A stretch of DNA of 64,000 nucleotides from Dendrobates tinctorius (taxonomy: Eukaryota), in the NCBI RefSeq assembly GCF_039654945.1, contig NW_027361696.1:49228001-49292000 (forward strand). Reading direction: 5' to 3'. This document shows positions 1 to 12,800 of this stretch, in pieces. Each line of letters begins with the position of its first letter. The first letter of the stretch is position 1. The notes beneath the pieces are model-generated. The model did no database searches. It was not told the DNA's origin and saw nothing but the letters and a program-made list of their open reading frames with translations. A program made the translations under genes and the position numbers.

Positions 1-1299
1 ACTAGTCACACCCATTTAGCACTGCTGATCACACTGACTGGTACTGAAGGCACAGTGGCTGGTACTGTGGGCACACTGACTGGTACTGAGGGAAAGAAAG
101 GGGGGGAACAGGAGGAAGAGAAAAACATTAGAGAGAGAGAGAGCAAAGAGAACAAGAAACAGAACAAAGAGAAACATTCTATAAAGATACTACAGCAGCC
201 CAGCTCCCACTGTAATGCCCACCTGAGCCTCCCAGTGCAGGACATATCATGATCAACATGGCTGACATCCGAGTCCAAAGCAATCCCACTGTCCGCACTG
301 TTGGAGGAGGCCACTGTGATGGATCTGAAGCATTCCCTGAAGTGCCTCCATGGCTCCGTCACAATCTCCTCCTGTAATTACCTCATTTCCGGTCAGCTTC
401 TAGCACATCACTTCCTGTGGAACATCACATGCGAATTTTAAAGTGCTCCTCAGGGCTCCGCCGTGTACTCCTGTGTCTGCGGGAAAAGTAAGCTCCTGGC
501 CGGGGTAGAGGGGCAGACACTCAAAATCGGGACTGTCCCGCTGGATCTGGGATGGTTGGGAGGTATGAATGCTCCCAACCATACACCTTGCACACGCATG
601 ACCCAGCACACCTCATACACACACAGTTCTGCTTTATATGTCTCGTACATATGCGGCTCTGCTCCATACACCTCGTAAACCCCACCTGACCCCACACAAA
701 CTTCCCTCATCCAGCACTATGACAACCAGCACAGCAGAGTCCTGCATACACCAAGGGCTGTGGGCACAGGACCTGTGATGAGATCATAGGAGGGGAGAAG
801 TCACATGATCAGGGGCTTTGGACCAGCCCAGCGACATCATTGCTGGGATTTATCAGTGAGGGGCTGCGGTAGCCGGTGGGTCTCTCTGGGAGGGCGAGGA
901 TGGGGTCAGTGCATGGGGGGGCGTGGCAGCTCAGTGCAATGCGGTAAAAGTAAGCTCCCAGGCGGGACAGCAGGTGGGAGGGTCAAAATCGGGACGGTTG
1001 GGAGGTATGATTTCACCCATAGAGAATGAAGCAGATTCCTGGTAAACGTTAGTATACAAATTATTGAGTTGTCAGGATAATGTAAAAATGACGTATGGTT
1101 TTCGATATCACACCTTTTTAGAACTTTTCACACACTGAGTTCTGCTACATTCATAGCTGCACAATCACCAGCTTCCCCTCTACCCTGTCGCAGCTGCGAG
1201 CCTGTTGCTCACTTCTCACTCCCTCTGCCTGCATGTGTGTAATGCTAAACCCTCCTATCCCTCCCTCAGGAATGTGGTAATTAGCAGAGAGCAGTTCTT

Positions 1300-1330
<31 letters not shown>

Positions 1331-2799
1331 GGGCTCTTTGTTACATGTGGTAATTATTAAAGATGGAATAACTCTGTCCCATTCAGTGACAGATGTAAAA
1401 ATTACATATTTAGGACCCAGGATGCTAAAGCTACACTCCAGCGACTTTGCCTACACTCTAGCACCAGAAGAATCTGAGAAATGGATTTTTCCTGAACCAA
1501 GTCAAATAACTACTCCATGTTTAGATTTGATAGAAAGCTAATTCCAAAACAAGATAAGTGATGGTTCTGCCGTTATTCTGCTAGGTTTTCCATCCGAGCT
1601 TTGCTAAGAAAACTTCTTAATTACAAGTTTTCAGCTCTAAGAAAGAGATTTTCCATAGCTCAGCCCCTTCAGTGATGTCATGACTAGGGGGCATAAGGTA
1701 GTGTCAGTAAACACTGCCTACCTTTTGTAGTAAAATATATAAAATTACTAATTCGTTTCTCCTTGCTCTATAACAAATCTGCACGACCTCTGAAGTGAAT
1801 TACGCTACTAAATTGGGTTTGCTCCAGATCCGTGATTAATTAGGAATCAGAGCTGGTGGCAACGAAGTGTGTTCTGGGCTGGTTAGGTAAATCTGGCAGT
1901 CACATAACGGGTTTTATAAGCTGATTGCGGATAAGAGTAGTTATTTCTCTTACTGCAGCTTGCCTAACAGCCAGTACATGTCCAGGCGGCCCGTGTGGCG
2001 ATTACTTATCATAGGTGCAGTTCCCTGACTGACCTGAGGGTAAGGGGGGTGCCGGAGAGCTGCAAGTTCCAATCCGGAACTGGAAAGCGGGATATACATA
2101 AATCCCTGCAGATGGGATAACTATTAAAAGCCCACCCTACAATATTGGTATTTTTCATCACACTTGGTGGTAGTGGTGGGATTACTAAAATAAGCCCCCC
2201 TGCGATATTGGTATTTTTCATCACACGAGTCATAAACAAGTTTCTCAAAATTTATCAGGATTGACTTAATCTAATAGAAACAGACTTGTGTGACTCTGCA
2301 TAATGGATGTCTGACTTGTGTCATTAGAGTTGTAATAAATAATAAAGTTAATTACTTCTATATTTAGTCTTGGTGTAAGGTCAATTTCACACATGTGTAA
2401 CGCAGGCTGAAAAACAATCGGTGACATCCATGATTGAAACCCACATCCTGCTAAATAGTCTTGTTTCAGATGGCGATTCCCAACCATTATCCTCTCCAGG
2501 GTCAGCTCCCCAAACTCGGATGGTTGAGGTATATCACTTGACCAACAAAGCTTCTTCAGGACAAGGTTTAAAATTGAATATTTGGGGAGCAGAGAACCTT
2601 CTTCCCTACTCAATCCTTCCATTTTTGTAGCGGCTGAAGGATTTTTTAAGGTCTTGCAAACCTGAAGTGGAGACAAGCTCGGGAGTATGGACGTAGGGGG
2701 CATCATACAGTGTTGGGTGCAAGTTCTGAGGTACGCTGTTGGCAAGGACCTTGTTTGCACTCAGCACTGAGCATCACTATATGGTTAGAATAAGCCTTA

Positions 2800-2995
2800 G
2801 GCCAGGATCACACATGCGAGAAACTCGGATGAGTCTCGCATGTTAATACCCTGCACTGCCGCCAGCACTCAGGAGCGGAGTGTGCGGCTGAATGTATTGC
2901 CATATGGCCGCATGCTCCAATCTGAGTGTCGGTGGCAGTGCTGGTTATTAACAAGCGAGACTCGTCCTGAATTTCTCGCATGTGTGATCCCGGCC
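2800..2995. mobile_element. PIF/Harbinger (Tourist-like) palindromic MITE
   Basis: TIR GGCCAGGATCACACATGCGAGAAA / TTTCTCGCATGTGTGATCCCGGCC with TTA target-site duplication on both sides. Confidence 0.8.
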
Positions 2996-3803
2996 TTACT
3001 GTACTAAACAGAGCATTAAACAGTGGCACATGGTGGTCCTTATTGACCCAACATGCCATGGGTGCGCATCCTAATGGAGCGCTCTACAGTTGCACTTTCT
3101 ACCATACGCTTGGATGGGAAGTGAGCACATAGGCTGGAGAAGATGTCAACACAAGGCTGCATGCAGGATCACCACAAAGCAGGTGCGGGACCTGTCAACA
3201 CCTGCACAAACGTCTACTGAAGGGATGTCCATGTACACTCTACGGTTGAAGTGTATTGCAATGCAGAGACCTGTGCCCCCTCCCCCACCAGGTTCATACA
3301 CTGTAATACATTCTGCCAATCAGAGGCCAACAGCTGATGTCGACATGCACGACTGGGGGCACATGGAATTAAAATTGCACGCTCTCATTGCTTGCAAGAA
3401 GTCAGCTGCCGCTTCAAAAGAGGACTTGGTGGGTGAACAGAGGTAAGGTGAGTAGAATCAAAAAATAGCGGTAGGATGGGGCCCAGGCTGGGTGACCTAT
3501 ATACCAGGGCCCTCATCGGGCTCTAGTTACACCACTTGCTACATGGCCCCATCTTTTGACATGGCCCTCGTAAATTTTTATATATAGGTGAAGACATTTT
3601 TTATGATCTAAAAATACCTAAAATCTGCATAACTCCAGCACCACCATAGGTCAGTGATCTCATGGCAGGAATGAGAGCGGTCCAGCCTGTTCTATTCAGC
3701 AGACACCCTTTATAATTGACAGTTGTGTAATATCAGTAACTTAAGTACAAATACAATCAGGAACCACAGGATCAAAATTGGAGATTGTGAGTCTGCATTC
3801 GCC

Positions 3804-3852
3804 ATGAAGATGCTACCAGTAATAGTCTATGGTGTGACCTTCATCACTGCAG
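3804..3852 (+). CDS. Gene A exon 1 (signal peptide [16 protein letters not shown])
   Basis: GCCATGA Kozak context, hydrophobic stretch, donor G|GTAAGT, phase 1. Confidence 0.85.
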
Positions 3853-6800
3853 GTAAGTGACTGCTCCGAGGCACCAAGACATCGTAAAACTGCAGGTTCT
3901 GCACCTTGTTTTCTATATTGTTTATTACAGGGTAGGCAGTTTATTCTGTAATTAGATGTTTCTAGGTAATTATGTTCTTATCATAAGGAGCCAACCTCAG
4001 CAGAGCTAGGTTATATGCACGCAGAACAGTTTTCTAGTGGAAAACCATTTCAGGAAAAGCTCCTGCTTTGCATTTTTTTTTTTTTTTAGAATTTTTGTTT
4101 TTTTAAAGTTCAAGTTTTTTTGTTTTATTTCCCTTAAACTTTTTTTGTAGCCTTTTGATTGAATCATGCACCAATCCTCTGGAATGCTCTACCCCAAGAA
4201 ATTCGGACTGTCCATAATTTGCACAGTTTTAGGCGCTCCCTCAAAACACATCTGTTCAGAGCAGCCTATCACATTCACTAATCAAAGTCATTCTATGTGT
4301 AAGTGTGTGTGTAGCCCATTCACTATCTCCATCCCCCACCATCTCAAGTTGGCTGGACCATCATTGTAAATACACCCCTGTACTTTGTATCTCCCCCACC
4401 TCATTGTAGATTGTAAGCTCTCACGAGCAGGGTCATCTTTTTTTTACTTTAATTATTGTATTGTTAACGTTGTTACCTATGACTTGTTTTGAAACTGTTA
4501 AACTATAAAGCAATGCGGAAAATGTTGGCGCTATATAAATAAAGATTATTATTATTATAAATCAAAGCATATGCTTCAAAGATGTAACACACACTTTGCT
4601 TTTTTTTGGCCACCAGGTGTTTTTCATAACCTGAACGGGAAGAAAAATGCTAAAAAGACTGAGCATATGAGGTGTTTTTGTCTTATTTTGTGTATCAGCT
4701 CGAATCCTTCTAAAATTCTGTGTGCATATATTCTTCTTGGTGTGCCATCATGTGAAGGTCGTAGGTGACTGCCAACACCAAGGCCATGATGGGGCTTGGC
4801 TAGGTGGTCAAAGCTTCACTTGAAGCCCAGTTCACATCAAGTTGTAGTCAACTCCCAACCAGTTCTGTAGAGTCAGTAAGACAAGGGGCCAACTAATTAG
4901 TAACAATAAATTTCCTGTAGTGAAATGGTAACCTCACTGTATCTGGTACAAATATGGCAAATTTTGATTCGGTGATCATTTCCGATCATATTCACTGAAT
5001 TCTATTTCTGAGCTGGTTGATACAGTTGACACTGGAGAGTGATTACTACGATTGGACCTAAAGCCCAACAACACTGTTGAACCCCTAAAATTTCACAGTC
5101 AAGAGTGACCACGGTATTTTAAAACCACCAATATGGCGGTAATCACTTCGGAGGCCATTGGTTTTCCATGCAGTGAGATTTGTTGGGTGCCAATGGGTTG
5201 CCTTTAGAGCTGCTAAAAAAAAGGAGCCTGATCCAGGGGCCTCATTGGTCATTACCAGACCAGAGCACTAGGCACCCCCGTCTACCTGACGGCCGCCTGG
5301 ACCCTTTTCTGATTAGCGATCTTGACACCCTCATGATATTAACCCAAGTGAAATGATCAGAACAAGAGCTATGGCTGCCGGTAGGTACGAGTGGTTTCCT
5401 AAAGCTTTGCTCTGGTGGTAATAGACTACTGATGTCCCCTGTACCAGAGTCTGGCAACTTTTTGCTCAACTCTAATTGGAACCAGCTGAGTTATACTAGA
5501 CAGCCCCACAGTCAATGAATGGAGGTTGAGCTTGCGCACCCCATCTTGGGACCGTTGGAGGTCCCAGTGGTTGGACACCAGCTATCGGCAAATTATTCCC
5601 TATCTGTTGTCAATGAATGCAAACATTTAATGTTTAATTCTAGATGCTAAACAAATCATGCTGATTGTGTCAATGTGGAAGGTAATCTCTATGTGATCGT
5701 TAACAAGAATAAGCGGATTATGTATTTTAGTATCCTCCTTGATATGTGAGACCTGCACTGCGGAAAATGCAGCTACTTGCTCTGGCGACCCCTCGGAGTG
5801 CGACCCCTCGGAGACTTCATGTATGAGCAGCATGTACCAAATATCATACAGTAAGTGGATATCAGATGGGAAAGAATTCTGAAAAAATGGACTAAAGTAA
5901 AGTCAGTCCTAGTATTGACAATGGGGGGAGGAGAAGGAAAAGAGAAGCAACTGTCTAAATAATCGCCATTTAAAAAATTGTCTACCACTATTCTGTGGCA
6001 GAGTGTCAGTAAATCCTTCAACCAGCTGAGATCTCTGCAAAACTGAAAGGAAATCAATTAGTGCTTCTGGTTCTGACAACTTTCTGCTCTCTTCCTCCTT
6101 TTTTCAGATTCTCTCTTTTAAAGATAAGGAGATTGACTGGTACACAGATTTCCACAATGTGGACAGGGAGAAAAGTATTTACAGTCTCAGGGAGGGCAGA
6201 GAAAGTGGGTTATAGACAAAGAGGGGTGCACAAAATTTGAAAATAAGTGCAGGATAGAAGCAGTACCTGGGATACATAAGCAGTAAAGACTGCAATACAC
6301 TAGATACCCACAGGAATAACATCCAAAAATATGAAAGTACATTTTTATTTACAATAAGATTACTCTATTAAATATAAAAGTGCCCCTATCTTCAAGGTTT
6401 TAAATGTACTCTGTTACTCTAGAGAGTGCCTTTCTGGCTCCTATCACACTGTTAATACATACCCTGTGTATTATCTACTGACTTACTGCTATGTTGAATC
6501 AGTAGGCTTGTGCATCCAATCAATTTCACATGATTTACAAAAAATTACATAAACATGAAAAGTAGGCACATTTTGGTGATGCAGCCATCAGGTGGCGCTA
6601 TGTTGGTGCAGTGCTACAGTGTATAACAATGGCTCAGTTCTGTCAGTGACAGCTGTTATCAACTGATACAACTGGGCCAGGATGTCATAAATAGGGGATC
6701 GTCATTTGTAAAAACAGACCCTTATACCACCTTTTATTGGGCAGTGGTCAGATCCACTGCAAACATCTAACTCCACCTTCGAAGGACTGGAGGACTTTGC

Positions 6801-9800
6801 ACAATATGGTTATCTATCATTTGAAATGACACCATGTAGTACCACATTTGTCCTTTAGTGGCCACTACAGGAAAAAAATGCAGCTGCCTGCAATATCCTC
6901 AGCGATCACCAAAGGTTTCATCGGCTAGAAGCAGTGTTCCCCCAAACTCCAGTCCTTAAGAGCCACTAACAGGTCATGTTTTCATGATTTCATTAGTATT
7001 GCCCAGGTGATGGCATTATTGCCAGTGCAGGTACTGCAATTGTCACCTGGGCCATACTAAGGAAATCCTGAAAACATGACCTGTTGGTGGTTCTTGAGAG
7101 CTGGAGTTGGGGAACACTGTGCTAGAGACTCAGACATTTGTTGAAGGCCAGTGAAGCTTCGGAGAATAGGTTGTCCATTTAAATATCAGCATCATCTTCC
7201 AGATCAGATTCTGTACCAATAGTATCTATAGGTTGTTTACATAAAATAAACCATTTTAGGGCACCCTCTTCTATGAAGGCTAGCAGAATTGCTAACTGTG
7301 TGTTTCCATTTATTATGGACCTTAGTCACCCTATCACCAGCTGATTGTCCGGCTTTTCTGAAGTTAGACTCCTTGGTAATCAAGTCATAGCAAGAATTTC
7401 AGATGAAAAAAATCCCTTTTAATGGATTGGTATTTTTAAAGTTTTATTTCCAACTTTGGAGATGGATGTTGTTGGATAGTGAAGACAAGCACTTTTGCAA
7501 TTTACTGCTGATCAAAATTTGCAACCGTTCCTGAGATATTAACACTTTTCTTTTGTTTACAGCTCGTTGCCTAGGAGACCGACCACTGCTGCAGTCTAGC
7601 TTGTAAGCACTGTGCTAAAACTAGCGAAGATTAGGAGATGTTAGCATGTTTCAGAGAACCTGGTGAGCTTCAAAACAGTGCTTCCAAACTCAATAGAAAG
7701 GAGCTTGTAGGCACTGTGCATTTCTGCTGTCTAGCAGCAGTGGTTGGTCTCCAAGGCAACGAGCTGTAAATAAAAGAAAAAATAGTTAATATCTCAAGAA
7801 GGGTTCAAAATTTTAACAAGCAGCAAGTTGCTTGTATTTACAAGAACTATCCGACAATATACATTTGAGAAGTAGAAACAACAAGGCACTCATCAAAAAG
7901 GTTCGTGGAAGGTGCACAAGTAGGGTCTCCAGCCCATGTAACAATATAAAAGAACTTGGTACTCAATTAGCGAATAAAGTGAATCTTTGTTTTATTTGGC
8001 ATCCAGATTATATGTTAAACGTTTTCGATCCAGCAGTGGATCTTCATCAGAAATCCTCTAGAGAACATACATAAAAATAGAAATTAATCTATATCATGAT
8101 CATAAGAGAATATATTAAATCATATGATGCATATTAGAACAGAAATACATAGAGAAAAATTCTAGTACGTCATATAAAATTAAGCATACGGTATCAATAG
8201 GATTGCTGAGATTTAATCTCGGGTGCATATGGTCCGTGAGAGAAAATTTTTTGCAGAGTGGTATTAAGGGAAATAGCCAGTAACTTTATTCATAGTTGCT
8301 ATTGTAAGAAATGAGGAAAAAAACCACATTGAGGCTAAAGGATATTGGTGCTTCCGGTTATTGAGTGCAGGTTGTGTCCGGAAAAATATATAGGTGCTCA
8401 TAATAAGGTGGTTTAGTGAACGCTGGTCCTTCTATGAGGAGACAGAAAGGAGAAAAACATCATAAAAGGCCTTATAGTATCATACATAATAGTTATTTAT
8501 ATACTGGTAGTCCATGTGATAAGGTGAAATGCCCATAACATGAAATGATCTCTTATATTACCTGGACGCTGTGTATCAAGATATAGGGGAGAAAATGCGC
8601 TTTAGTATAGCGACTTAAGTCGCTTTTTGTATGGCGCTGTAATGAAGAAATAGATATAAAGCTTACTATAGGCCCTTTTCAAATAGCCAAAATGCGCAGT
8701 ATAGGGATAAAAATGGAAAATTACCTGCTCCCTGTGGCCCCTAGGGCATGCGGTGTATACCGCTGTATGGAGGACGCCAGGCCTAATGAGGTACTTCCGG
8801 GTTTATATAATCGGGCGGGGATCCCCCTGGCTGCGTCATAACGGTCACGTGTTCATGATGTATCACGCCCCTGACCGCGTCATTGTGGTCACGTGTCAGC
8901 GCTACTGCGCATGTCAGGCCATCCGGTCTGTTATGTGTGTGCTTGTCTCCTGACTGCATAGTAGCGGTCGCTAGGTGCGCCTGCGCTGTAACGTTAAATG
9001 ACGTGTTGTAATGATAAATGATGTGCGTATGTCAGGCTGGGGCGATCTTGTGACAGGAACAATCGCATCTGTTGCTAGGTACTGCGATGTTCACAATTGA
9101 AAGTACCTGGGGAGACTATTAGTATAACAAGATTGCGTCTAAAGGTAAAAAGGAAGGGGGCAGGCTAGTTTTTCGTTATTGAGTCAGGTAAAGAGAACAA
9201 TAGGCGAAATAACCAGTACTTTTAAACAATAATCATTATATTTGCATTGTGGATCTTTGGCCTATGTTTATTATGAATAAAGAGAAAAAATGGTGAAGGT
9301 ATACTATACCAAATAAGGGGGGGTTTCTATCACCAACATGGTGATACTGGTATTAAAAGGTAACTTCACATCTCAGAGAGAGAGAAGAGTCTGTGAGTAT
9401 AAATTTATGACGACCTTTGACACTCTCAATGCTGGAATGAATGTGTCGCATGGATTTATGTCTTTTTACATCAGTTAAGGAATTTGCTCCGAAGACCTTG
9501 TGGGGGCATCACAACACATTAGGAGACCCCAATCAGAGGACAATAAAACATCCGGACTCCTTATCTATGAACTGGTCCAATATTTATGTTTCTCCCTCTC
9601 CCATAATCATAATTCTGCTTCACGTCACTTGTCTCATCTATTGCATTTTTTCTGTGTTGTATTGTGCAGAAATATGTGACTCTTCAGATTTTGTATTAGT
9701 CTAGCCTGATGAAGAGACCTGAGTAGTCTTGAAAGCTTGCAATGTGTTACCATCTTTTCAGTTAGCCATTAAAAGGTATCAACCACTGAGGACTCTCAAT

Positions 9801-12800
9801 TCTGAATATTTTTCTATCTACTGGCTAACACGGTACAAAGATATACATCTTTCCTGTATAACCAAGATGAAGCTTTAAGATACAACTGTGAAAAAAATCG
9901 GAGACGGTTTCAGAAATCAGAGATGGAGCTTAGCTTTGGTCTGATATAGCAATGGAGATATTACATATATGATAGAAATATATCTGATACTAACATAACA
10001 TTTTCACTTGATGTTTCACTAGAAACGATGAATGTAACAATGCCTCGAAAATCCTGCAGCTTTCCAGAGATTTGTAACCTTTCCTATTCATTCACCTTAA
10101 ATGACGTACATATGGCATCGGAAGGCAAATGCTGCAATACAGATCATTGTAACAAGGACATTCCACAGGGTGAGTATAAAGAAACCATCACCATAGTCCT
10201 CTCACCGACATTCATGTAACCCTCTGCAACCAAACAGATTTCACACCTGCAGAAGGTGACCATGCTCGTCTCCACTCCAGAGATGATAGATAGAATATAG
10301 NNNNNNNNNNNNNNNNNNNNNNNNNNNNNNNNNNNNNNNNNNNNNNNNNNNNNNNNNNNNNNNNNNNNNNNNNNNNNNNNNNNNNNNNNNNNNNNNNNNN
10401 NNNNNNNNNNNNNNNNNNNNNNNNNNNNNNNNNNNNNNNNNNNGTCCACACTACAGTAGGGTGACCGCAAAAAATCGATGTCGGAATTTTGTCCGTCTGG
10501 ACCCCACAAAACGATTCCCCTTTCCAGATATTGAGAGAGCCAAAATTTGAGCTCGATCAAACGACGTTAACCCGTGCCGCTCGTCACTCAAAGTTTGAAA
10601 AAATCCAAATTGAAGTATTTTAAGATTTAGGTATTTTGCATAGTCTGTTAGACTATAAAGAATGTGACAACAACATTGCAGAAATAGCCCTGACCAAATT
10701 TTCGAACCATTGGTGGTATTTGAATGCAGAGTTGGTGGGATTATCGTTTTTTGATCCCACCATTACAGACAATGAAAAGTTGTTAATGGCTAATAAATTG
10801 CTCAGTAGCACAGATGAACCATCAGAGCACGCTAGGGTTGTAAATCCAAAAGTTAGGAAAGAAAAATTAAAAGAGGTAGGAAGTAACCGACTTTAACGAC
10901 CTTCTGACAAAAGATGAAGAACAAAAGCAATATGTCCTGCAAGTTGTAAGCAAATGCCGAGCATTATATTCTGACGTTTCAAAAACTACTTTAACAAAAG
11001 CTCTAGAATAGATTAGATAACTATGTAAAATTATCAACTCATGTAGGTTAGCGTGCTCTGATGGTTCATCTGTGCTACTGAGCAATTTATTAGCCATTAA
11101 CAACTTTTCATTGTCTGTAATGGTGGGATCAAAAAACGATAATCCCACCAACTCTGCATTCAAATACCACAAATGGTTCGAAAATTTGGTCAGGGCTATT
11201 TCTGCAATGTTGTTGTCACATTCTTTATAGTCTAACAGACTATGCAAAATACCTAAATCTTAAAATACCTCAATTTAGATTTTTTCAAACTTTGAGCGAC
11301 GAGCGGCACGGGTTAACGTCGTTTGATCGAGCTCAAATTTTGGCTCTCTCAATATCTGGAAAGGGGAATCGTTTTGTGGAGTCCAGACGAACAAGATTCT
11401 GACATTTTTTCCCCCCCATATGAGATCCGGTCACCCTACTGTACAGTAATGAGGCAGTGACCCAGCAAAGTTCAAAAACAAAACATGTTTTTATGTCCAA
11501 CACACATAAATACACAGCACACGGTATCTTCTGGATTGCAGCCGGGAAACAAGACAGTCCCCCTTCAAATCGCAACCGGGAAACTCGACAGTCCACCTCC
11601 GAGACTGTTGCTGTGGGTGACTGCACTGTCGTTCACGCTGAGGGGTGCCAGGCCTTTTGGCTCCATTGGCCCTGTCTTGCCTCACACAGGTGGAGCTCTG
11701 CAGAGCCTCCTGCTCTGCACACTTGCAAAGCCAAACTGACACACCCAACCCTCTGCTTCAGGGGTTTCTACAAGGAACCTGTGGCCGTAGGCCACATGGA
11801 AAACCCAGCCATAGATGATAGATAAATAGATACATATATCTATAGATTTATATATAGATAATAAATTAAATAGATAGATACAATGGGGAAAAATAAGTAT
11901 TTGTTACACTGCTGATTTTGCAAGTTTTCCCACCTACCAATGGAAAAGTCTGTAATTTTTGTCTTAGGTGCACTTCAACTGTAAGAGACAGAATCTTAAA
12001 AAAAGACAAATAAAAAAGACTGAAAATAACATAGTATGATTTTTTAATAATTAAATTGCACTTTGTTACATGAAATAAGTATTTGATCACCGACCAACCA
12101 GCAAGAGCTCTGGCTATCACAGACCTGTTAGTTGTTCCTTAAGAAGCCTCCTACTCTGCACTCATAGCTGTTTGAACTTGTTACCAGTATAAATGACACC
12201 TGTCCACACACTCAATCAATCACACTCCAACCTTTCCACCATGGCCAAGACCAAAGAACTATCTAAGGACACCGGGGACACAATTATAGACCTGTACAAG
12301 GCTTTGATTGACTACAGCACAATAGGCAAGCAGCTTGGTGAGAAGGCAACAACTATTGGCACAATTATTAGAAAATGGAAGAAACACAAGATGACTGTCA
12401 GCCCTCGTGGTTCTTTCCTAGCTGGTCTCCAGACCTGAACCCAATAGAAAATCTTTGGAGGGAGCTGAAACTCAGTGTTTCCCAGCAACATCCCCAAAAC
12501 CTGAAAGATCTGGGGAAGATCTGTATGGAGGAGTGGGCCAAAATCCCTGCTGCAGTGTGTGCACACCTGGTCAAGAACTACAGAAAACGTCTGACCTCTG
12601 TAATTGCAAACAAAAGTTTCTGTGCCAAATATTAGGTTTTTTATTGTATCAAATACTAATTAATGCAATAAAATGCAAATTAATTATGTCAAAATCATAC
12701 AATGTGATTTTCTGGTTTTTATATTTAGATTCTGACTCTCACACGTGACGTGTATCTATGATAAAAATTACAGATTTCAACATTCTTTGTAGGTAGGAAA

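Noticed and set aside
10144-10560. ORFs spanning the N run
   Set aside because: Artefact of the assembly gap.
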